Source of the DNA: Eledone cirrhosa
Lineage: Eukaryota
Direction: 5' to 3'
Length of the DNA stretch: 64,000 bases
Assembly: GCA_964016885.1 (NCBI GenBank)
Contig: OZ024741.1
Coordinates: 54,932,001 to 54,996,000 of the forward strand
Shown piece by piece: positions 54,526 through 64,000 of the stretch. The notes beneath the pieces were generated by a model. That model saw nothing but the letters and a program-made list of their open reading frames with translations. It had not been told where the DNA came from and did no database searches. Position numbers and translations under genes: made by a program. Each line of letters opens with the position of its first letter. Positions within the stretch are counted from its first letter, which is position 1.

Positions 54526-56541
54526 TCTAATATATATTTGTGAAATGGGTGGTGGTTGAAATTCAGATGTACACGGTTAAATGGTGGTAGACGTGGTCAG
54601 ACTGACATGAAAATGTACACACCGATGTAAAAAGTGCCAAGGAAGCAAATAGACGAGGTTTCAAATCTCTAACTTGAAAAATGTGGTCCCTTGAGCCCCA
54701 AAACTATTGCGTTCGGTGAGTTATTTCCCCCTGTTCTAATACTTTTGTCTTATTTACAATTTCATACAAATAAAGCAGTAAATAAAGGATTATGAGTTCA
54801 TGCAATTGACTTATGTTTCGTCACTATATATATATATATATATATATAATATGAAAACGCTTTAATAAAAAAAAATATCAACTGTAATGTATGTATGCAT
54901 GTATTTATGTGTTTATGTGAGCGGGGATATGCAAGTAAATCTTACTTTCTGGACAGCTTATCGTTAGCATAATATTCATGCTAGAACAGCATATATTTGA
55001 AAGTTTTGGATCGGCAGCTTTAGCTTTGAAAAAATGAAATGTGCAGTGTAAACATTTTTTATTATTCCTCCGGGGATTAATCTTCTCTGCATTTTTCCAT
55101 CTCTTTCTTTCTGGAAGAAATCAGCCGCAGTAAGACCTAAAAAATGATTAGATACACCATGACACACAGTGCATCACGGTGGAGTTGAAAAGCAAACTCA
55201 GAACATGGCGTTGTGTGGGGGTGGCTCGCAGCCCAATGTTCCAGGGGGAGCAGAAGAAGAAGAAGAAGAAGAAGAAGAAGAAGAAGAAGAAGAAGAAGAA
55301 GAAGAAGAAAGTTGGATTCCTATCAAATATGTAGGTTGTGTCTTAAATAGAAGGTTTAGTAGAAACAATTCATGTATAGTTTTGTACTTTTCCTTTTGTC
55401 ATTCATATATAAACAAATCTACTATAAAAATTGGAAGTGGTCGGACGTTGCATATATAGGTGTAGTCGCATAAACGTCGAAACGACTAGGTGGAATACAG
55501 CGAAAATTTACACAGTTATGCAGAATGACCCGAGGAGGCGTTGGGTCGACTTTCAAGCTACAATCTTCTATGGTTACGGAGAAAATCGATGAAACAGGAA
55601 TTTCCCATTCAAATTGAACTGAGAGTAATCTGTGAACGCAGAAGTAATTATTTCGAGAAACGTTGCAACCGAACGAAAACAGGAAGACGATATTTTGGTT
55701 CGTGAAGACGTTCCCTGGCAATGAACGGGAAAAAAGCGAGGATAATACGTCGTTATGTGGAGCGTGAAGAACAATTTCATGCAAAGACAAGACCAAGTTT
55801 ATGGTATAAATGGAGTCGTTAGACTAATATTCTATTTAAAATAACAGAATGATTTCCAGTCCCGGAGTTTAAGAATGATGTAAATAAAATTGAAAACGAA
55901 AATGACAGAGGTTATTAAAATAGTAAAAGTAAATAGTGAAGATTTAGACCAGTACATACGTATGCCCCGACGGACATACACATACATACGCACACACAAA
56001 TACATACCCCCCTACACACACACACACATACATACGCGCACACAAATACATACCCCCCTACAACACACACACGCACACACACGAACGCACGCGCGTATGT
56101 ACAAACCTTATGCATTTCTACAGGATTTTCACCAAACTTAAGGCATAGGTTACTTATGTACTCCGGATGGTCATGGGCACTGTCATTTTTCCAGATATTG
56201 ATTATAGGGCCCCCCGGCAGATAACCTCTTTAACCACTTTAACCACTTCCTTGGAGTCGACTGAAGCACTGCAGTGCAATGCAACAAAACGTCATAACTT
56301 CTGGAGTTCGCAACCGATTTTGACAAAACTTGACACATGGGCTACGTTTGTCCTACAGATGAATGTGAACTCTCAGAATTGGCACATATTGGGTAGGGGA
56401 CCCCAGGGGGAAGGAACCCCCTTTTGGAAAAAGCCGATGATTTTGTAAAAGTATAGTTTTCGTAGCAGCACTGAGGTATTGACATAAGTGGTATACACAA
56501 TTGCTATTTAATATCCGAGCAACGCCGGGTACCATTGCTAG
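54526..56541 (+). mobile_element. Non-autonomous Helitron (2016 bp)
   Basis: A|TC 5' end; 3' ccgagcaacgccggg..CTAG|T; no TSD. Removing it restores the PLE reading frame. Confidence 0.88.
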
Positions 56542-56760
56542 TTACTTAATATTTTAGTATTATGTTTTGAGATAATGTTAGAGATGTTGGAAGTGGTGTA
56601 GTAAGAGAATTTAATTGTATGCTTGTTAAAGATCTTACTATAAATATGTGAAGGAGGGAAGCATTTATCTAAGGCCCTAAAAAATAGTTTAGGAATATTA
56701 CTAATAATAGATAGAGAAAAAGGAGCGTTGTACCAAATCATATTTTTATATCTAGGTCTT
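56542..56760 (-). pseudogene. PLE RT-thumb/linker fragment
   Basis: IWYNAPFS..FFRALDKCFPPSHIYSKIFNKHTIKFSY matches FFNPPFN..FFSLLDKHFPSGH..LNKNTIKISY of the first PLE. Confidence 0.88.
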
Positions 56761-57137
56761 TTCTTTATACTATTGGAATGCTTATAACTAACTATATTAC
56801 TATAAGTTCCTCCATCATTGGTTTCTTTACTGTATTTAATTTTGTCAGGATAACCGGCTCAGGAAAACGCATTGTTATAATAATTGGCTTTAGCGTCCTC
56901 TCACTCATTTTCTACTCCTCTCTCATCCTTCCTTCTTATACTGCTCCTCCGTCATCCTTTCCTTATTATTATATTTTTTTCTTCTATCTATATTCTTTCT
57001 TCCTCTTCCTTACCTTTTCCTTCCCCCCTTCCTTTCCTTTTTTCCAATCTCATATATCCATCTTATTTTATTTTTCATATGTTGATTTAACACTTCACTG
57101 CTCGCAAGTGTTTTTTAAGCTTCATATCATGTCTCCC

Positions 57138-57208
57138 TATTGTATCTGATGAGAACGCAAATATCATCCCATGATGATATTTGTTTTTGAAATGCGCATA
57201 ATAAAATA
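57138..57208 (+). ncRNA. Minimal type I hammerhead (inverted twin of 52855-52925)
   Basis: Identical core and stems, with one stem I mismatch. Confidence 0.85.
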
Positions 57209-57332
57209 CATGGAACTCTTTTAACCATCTTTTGATTTTATATTATTTATACTCCAGTCCTATAAACTATTGAGTGCTACTTATCCGATATTTGCATTGC
57301 TTTATTGTACTACAATAAAACTCACCTCCTAC

Positions 57333-57425
<93 letters not shown>

Positions 57426-57741
57426 ATGTATATATATATATATATCAACCGTCAATTGTCTTAACTTGAACGGAAATTCATCTACATTAAGCCAAAGCAA
57501 ACTATCAAACTATGAACGCAAAAGTAAACGTAAATTGCACATTTGCAATCGAACCTAATCACGAGATCCAAACTGCTCAAGGAAGGATTAAACCACACAG
57601 GTTCTTCTATGTCCCCACCTCCCGGTAAACGAACCACCTACTTTCATCGATTACGGATGGGGGGATAACGGACGCCATCAGGTGGCATCCGTTGTTTTAC
57701 GTAAGTTCTATATAATAATAATAATTATTATTATTGTTATT

Positions 57742-58995
57742 TTTTATTGGCCACTAGAGGGCAATACAAAAACAGGGACAGTGAGGATTTACTGTGTGTG
57801 AACATAGGGAAAATAGGTAACAAGAAACAATAAAATGAATAACAGAGGGAACATCACCCAGGGTTAGTTTAGGAGCTCCAAAATTCCTAAACCAACCAAA
57901 TCTCCAAAAGTACCAAGTGAAAGTACCCCTCTCTTCTCTAAACTCTCCAACCTACAGGTGCATGTTCAGTGCAGGCCCATTTACTCGCGCCATCCTCGCT
58001 ACATTCACCCACCTTTTAACAAATGTACTGGTGGGAAGGACTTCCCTCTCCACTCTCACTTCCTGTCCAAGTAAAACTTGAAAACATCGAGGAAGGTTTA
58101 GCAGAAAAGAAAGTGTCTGTCTTCAGTCTTTGCAGTCGCGTCCACCACAAAACCTCTTTCGTGACCCCAGAAAAAAATTGCCTGCCCCTTCACCAATAGA
58201 ACCCTTCCCTTCCAAATCAAGTTGATAAGCAAGCGATCTATTAAGATCCGGACAGAGGCAAGAAACGATAGTCATGGGGTAATAGATGATGGACGCGATG
58301 TGCACGTTCACCACCTCTGCCAGAACTTTTAGGTATAGCTTCCTCTCGGACCATTTCTGCGAAAGAGTGACTGACCGCCTTTCTCGTTACCTCGACCTAT
58401 TTCATATTTATTTGAAGGTCTGCACCAAACCAGAACCCGAGCAACTTCACCGGTCCATCCGTCCAGAGTCCGAGGTTTTCGACACCATCACAGTGACTTC
58501 GCCAGATCATGCCAGCACAGCCCTTCTACGGGCGGGATGCCATGCAGCAGCTCCAGCTTCTGCAGTCGTGGATCGAGAGTCAGTATGTACTGAAAGGAGT
58601 AGAAATATCATCCTTGACGGTCCGAGCGCGTAGGCTAAAATGGTTCCGATATGTGGCCATTTACCTTGACCACCTAGCAGATGTCGCTATTTATTGCAGC
58701 GATCCAGCCTCTGAAGGCGGGTCTGAAGTCGGCTACATTTAGCACAGCCTCCGACATTATCGAAAGCTTTCAATTGATCCAAATTGATCGGAGCACAATC
58801 GAATCCAGGTATACTCCCTACACTCCCTATGATGTATCCCATCAGGTGGAGTTTGTCGTGTATGGCCCTGGTTGAGGATGCGCAAGTTTGCGCCTCCTCA
58901 ACCAGACTCTGGACGATAAGTGTCAACCCATTTGTTAAGACTTAGCCAAAATCTTAAACTCTGTGTTCAGTAGAATTGTAGGTCGGAAATAGTTA
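57742..58995 (-). mobile_element. Old, internally deleted Tx1-type LINE
   Basis: AQTCASSTRAIHDKLHLMGYII..INLDQLKAFD versus AQKCAIPSRSIHDNLHLMRYII..INLVQSKAFD; related ORF2 end and 3' UTR. Confidence 0.8.
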
Positions 58996-59817
58996 AATTT
59001 ATAGTCATATTATATGCGTACTAAATTTATATCTCTTAACTATTGAAGAGAGAGAATTTAAGCAAATACTGACACAATTATCACCAACACTCCAAACTCT
59101 TCAGCTTTCTATGGGAATGGAGAAATATCTCGCCTTTCAACATGTTATCGAATGTAAACTAAATGTCATATCAAGAAGCGAGTCTATTGATGCGCCGTAA
59201 GTTAGGAGTTCGGTGTGATTTAAAAACCAGATAATGTCTACTTAATATGTGAAAGCGATGGTCACCTGTCTAAATCTACATCTATATACGTTATAATATA
59301 ATTACCTTCGCTGTTCTCCTGGCAGAGAGTTCTCTTACAACTTGTTAAATATTTATGCTATACACCTACAAACACAAAAACATACACAGAAACACACACA
59401 CTAACACACATACACACAAATACACACAAAAACACACATACACTTACAAAAACACACACGCACGCACGCACGTTATTGCATATATCTAAATATGGATATA
59501 GGATTGGAGGGGAATGGCCGCGTGGTTAGAAGTATTCAGCTCACAATCATATTCTCGTGAGATCGATTACACATTGCTTATTTTCACTCGGTACAAAGAA
59601 CATTGGAACACCCATCGTCAGCATCGACGGAAATTCAATATAATGTATGCATGAGAGTATATGCGCAACTGGATATATAAATATGTGTAGATGATACGCG
59701 ATTATATATGAGATTGTGTTTCTAGGTACTTTTACTGATTTATACTTATAGCAGGGTCCAGAGATAATGTTCTATTCATATTCTGGGTATCTGTCTGGGT
59801 GTACATACATAGCCGTT

Positions 59818-59969
<152 letters not shown>

Positions 59970-60497
59970 CAAGTAAAAACGATATATAAAAGAATATATA
60001 TTGTTAATTCTGACAGAAGGATATATTCCTTTAATGTTGTAATATTTAAAAAAATGTAAAGGAAGGGGTGAATAACCGAGCCACTACTAGAGCAAAAGAC
60101 AGCAGGGAGGAGTACTGGGAAATCTCTCTAGTGATTTTTGAGGCAAGCCAGCACACTCGCAGTGTTACCTCGGGTGATGGCGAGGCTAATATAAATATGC
60201 ACACTTCACATACTAGCAGTAAACCACCCAATTGGTGGTTTTTCTGCTAGTACATCTAAATATATATATATATATAAATATATAAATACACATATACAAT
60301 TACGAAGGCCAGATGTAGAAATTCATAAATTATCTTATTCAGAATCTGCCGTAAAAATATTTCTGTGCTGTTCAAGATTACGCTATGCAGTCATCATTCA
60401 AAACCCAACTCGACTTCATCAGACAGTATCTTAAATAATATGGTTGTTATGTAATATTTCCATTTCAATGAGAATGGGTGCAATCTAAATATATATG

Positions 60498-60541
<44 letters not shown>

Positions 60542-60734
60542 ACAGAAAATGTGGTGTTTTTTTAATGAGGTTTTTTTAATATCCTACACGAGTGAAAGTA
60601 TAATGAAAAGAAATCAAAAATTCGACTAGAGTCTTTTTAAGGATATTTATTTGTTTCCTTTATCGGTTTAACAGTTCTTATACTTTTCAAAAGTAGAATT
60701 TAGATGGAGGGTTAGTGGTTTATCGATTTCATTT

Positions 60735-60878
<144 letters not shown>

Positions 60879-60931
60879 TGGCTGCCCCGTCGTTATCGAA
60901 TATGGCCATTGCACAAAAAAAACATAATGAC

Positions 60932-60987
<56 letters not shown>

Positions 60988-60989
<2 letters not shown>

Positions 60990-63005
60990 TCACATGTATG
61001 TCCGTAATGTGGAAACTGTTGACAAACATTATGTCTGAGGAAATCTACCATCACCTCCACACAAACAACTTGTTACCGGACGAACAGAAAGGATGCTGAA
61101 AGAAGTCACGTGGTACAAAGGAGCAGTTACTTATTGATAAGATGGTAATGAGGAATTGCAAGAGGAGACACACTGGTCTTGCCATGGGATGGATAGACTA
61201 CAAAAAGGCATTTGACATGGTGCCTCATTCTTGGATCACCAAAAGCCTGGAGATCTTCAAGGTGGCAGATAACATCAGACAGTTGTTGGGCAAAAGTATG
61301 AATTCCTGGGAAATAGAGTTAACATCAACTGGAGAATCCTTGAGTAGCGTGAAGATCAAGAGAGGTATCTTCCAGGGAGATAGTCTGTCCCCTCTGCTGT
61401 TTGTCCTTGCCCTGATGCCCCTGACCAGTGTACTGCGAAAAGTGAGAGCAGGATACAGGTTGGGAAAGGGAGGGCTTACCATCAATCACCTCCTCTTCAT
61501 GGACGATCTTAAGCTCTTCGGGAAGAGTGAGAAGGAGTTGGACGAGCTTGTTGACACTGTCCGCATTTTCAGCAATGATATATGTATGCAATTTAGTATT
61601 AGTAAGTGTGGAGTCATTGTGATGTGAGGGGTAAGTTGAGCAGAAGTAACGGAATCCAGGTACCAACAGGTGAGATGATAAAGGAAATTGACTCTGAAGA
61701 AGGATACAAGTATTTGGGTGTTCTGGAGGCTGATGACATCAAGAAGAAAAACATGAAGGAATTGATAAGAACTGAATACATTCGGAGAATAAGGTCCGTA
61801 TTAAAGTCACATCTGAATAGTAGGAATGCCATAAGTGCAGTAAATTCCCGAGCTGTGTCTATTATTAGGTACAGTGCGGGAATTCTGAGATGGAATGTTG
61901 CTGAACAAGAAGAAATGGATAGGAAGACTAGGAAGCTATTGACTATCTACAACATGTTCCACAAGAGGAGTGATGTCGATAGACTCTACTTAAGGAGATC
62001 TGAAGGTGGAAAAGGTCTTATCAGCATAGAGGACTGTGTTCAGATGGAGAAAAACAACCTACACAAATACGTGACTGATAGTAAGGAGCCAATGCTCAGA
62101 ACTGTACTGAAGGAGGGGACAATAGGCCAGGGGATGTCCAAGGAGGAAATAACATCAAGGAGAAAGAGCAGCCTTCAGGGAAAATCCCTTCATAGTACCT
62201 TCTTTGAGAAAACTGAATTTAGAGATCCACAGACATGGAACTGGTTGAAAAGAGGAGACCTTAAAAAGGCTACAGAAGGAATGTTAATGGATGCGCAGGA
62301 GCAGTCCCTCAAAACGAAGTGGTTGAAACATCATATTTACAAGGAGGAGGCTAGCCCACTGTGCAGGATCTGTGGAGAGAGGAGACTGTGGCTCACATTG
62401 TATCCGAGTGTAAACACCTAGCCCAGACTCACTATAAGGGCTGGAGACAAGATGTGATGGGCAGGGTGATCCACTGGCACCTATGCAAAGTAAACAATTT
62501 ACCACATTCTAAGAAGTGGTATGAGCATAAGCCAGAGTCGGTGATAGAAAACGATCAGGTGAAGGTGCTGTGGGATTTTAGGATACAGACGGACAAGAAA
62601 CTGGAACACAATAGACCTGACCTGGTGGTTGTGAACAAAGAGAAAAGATCGTGCCTGATTGTGGATGTGGCCTGCCCATTCGACACGAGAGTGCAAGAGA
62701 AGGAGAGGGAGAAAATTAACCGATACCAGGACTTAAAGTGGGAGGTAAAAAGGATTTGGAACTGCCATGAAGTCAAAGTGATCCCGATTGTCATAGGCGC
62801 ACTAGGGACTATCTCAAAAAGTTTCCAGGGATGGTTAAAGAAAATTGGCCCCTACACGCTTTTGGAACGCTTCAAAAGGCATGCTTGCTGGGAACAGCAA
62901 GAACCCTCCGATACGTCCTGAATATCTGAGGCTGCAGGTAGTGGCTTGATATTCATTTCAACAAACTTTCCAGTTAACTAACATCAATGACTGAGACTCA
63001 AAGAG
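60988..63005 (+). mobile_element. 5'-truncated R4/Dong-type LINE (RT, CCHC, RLE) between (TAA)n tracts
   Basis: [67 protein letters not shown]; stops and frameshifts at ~61099, ~61627, ~62380 and ~62850. Confidence 0.92.
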
Positions 63006-63029
63006 TAATAATAATAATAATAATAATAA

Positions 63030-63330
63030 CAATACCAGTGGTTGTAGGCGCTCTGGGAATGAAACCTAAGGGGTCTAATGATTACTTTTCGCAAATTCCA
63101 GGAAACCCGCGTATAGAAGAAATACAAAAGATAGTACTAATGGGAACTGCCCATATACTAAGGAAGATTCTGTCAATATAAGTACATCACAAGTCTAAAC
63201 ACCTAAAGATGCATGTGTGTGTATGTATGTTCTTTCTTGAACATGGCGGACCTTGTTGTCTCTTGAGGTCACTGGTTGTGACCTGGTGATAACTCGTATG
63301 AACATAAAGCAAGATAAATGCAACTGTAAT
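63030..63330 (+). mobile_element. R4/Dong-type 3' end fragment between (TAA)n tracts
   Basis: IPVVVGALG..EIQKIVLMGTAHILRKILSI* + 3' UTR. Confidence 0.8.
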
Positions 63331-63354
63331 AATAATAATAATAATAATAATAAT

Positions 63355-64000
63355 TAGATATTGCGTTGAAAACTTCAACAATTGGATTATCTACATATCT
63401 AAGGGAATCACATGATTGGATAATCAAACTCGTTTTGAAACACGAAAGCATCAAAGATCATACTCCATTACAAAAGATGCACAAAGATACAGTAATGGGC
63501 TACAAATTTCAGAAGTTCCATTTACTGCTGAAATGAAAAACACAGAAAAAGCAAAGCAGGTAAAAGTAACTGCAAAGAAAGAACTGCTATAGATTCTGGC
63601 TAAGAAATGGCAAGAAAAGCCTCTGTATGGAAAATACCCAGAAAGAGCTAACAATCCTGATGTTGACAAAACTTTAACCCATCAGTGGTTGGCATCCTCT
63701 GGACTGAAATCGGAGACTGAAGGACTGATTATATCAGCACAAGATCAGTGTCTGCCAACAAAAAGTTAGCAAGCTAACATAATAAAAGTGGATGCAACCC
63801 ATTATGCCGTGTATGTAAAAAACAACCAGAGACCATTGATCATATAATTTCAATATGCAGTCCTATAGCTCCAACCGAATACCTAAACGGGCATGACAGA
63901 GCTGCACAATACATACATTGGATAATGTGTAAGCATTTTGACCTGCCCCATCAAAAGAATTGTTGGGAGCATCAACCACCTCCCATACTTGAAAAAGATC
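63355..64000 (+). mobile_element. Third R4/Dong-type fragment, runs off the window
   Basis: WQEKPLYGKY, LKSETEGLIISAQDQ, CRVCKKQPETIDHIISIC, HDRAAQYIHW. Confidence 0.85.

Larger units (their letters stand above)
52818..57335 (-). mobile_element. 5'-truncated Naiad-like PLE with inverted terminal repeats, split by a Helitron
   Basis: Arms 52818-53165 and 56898-57245 are inverted and each carries an HHR; ORF pieces at 56542-56760 and 53883-54525. Confidence 0.88.

Noticed and set aside
60375-60430. Minus-strand CTGATGA with a downstream GAAT
   Set aside because: GAAA broken and pairing weak; at best a heavily decayed HHR.

Overview
AT-rich eukaryotic (metazoan) DNA, saturated with (TA)n, (TG)n, (TAA)n, (TATC)n and (ATGT)n microsatellites and nested transposable elements. 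The repeat landscape suggests a cephalopod/Octopus-like genome (inference only). No host protein-coding gene can be supported, and most ORF-track entries are microsatellite artefacts. Recognisable elements: Penelope-like elements (PLEs; RT + GIY-YIG, Naiad-like at 1-3890 and 52818-57335, Neptune-like at 34905-35700); a full-length but decayed Tx1/L1-type LINE with two truncated relatives; several R4/Dong-type RLE LINEs; RTE fragments; mariner, hAT, piggyBac-type and Helitron DNA elements; and two tRNA-derived SINE families. The main discovery is a dense set of about 12 hand-folded type I hammerhead ribozyme (HHR) motifs, plus half and degenerate copies. Several have non-canonical cores (CAGAAGA, CCGAAGA, CCGAGGA) or very long stem II insertions. 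Many sit in short asymmetric fold-back cassettes embedded in (TA)n and share a GAG(T/C)(A/G)CTC tail motif. All RNA structures were folded by eye, and most element boundaries are approximate.
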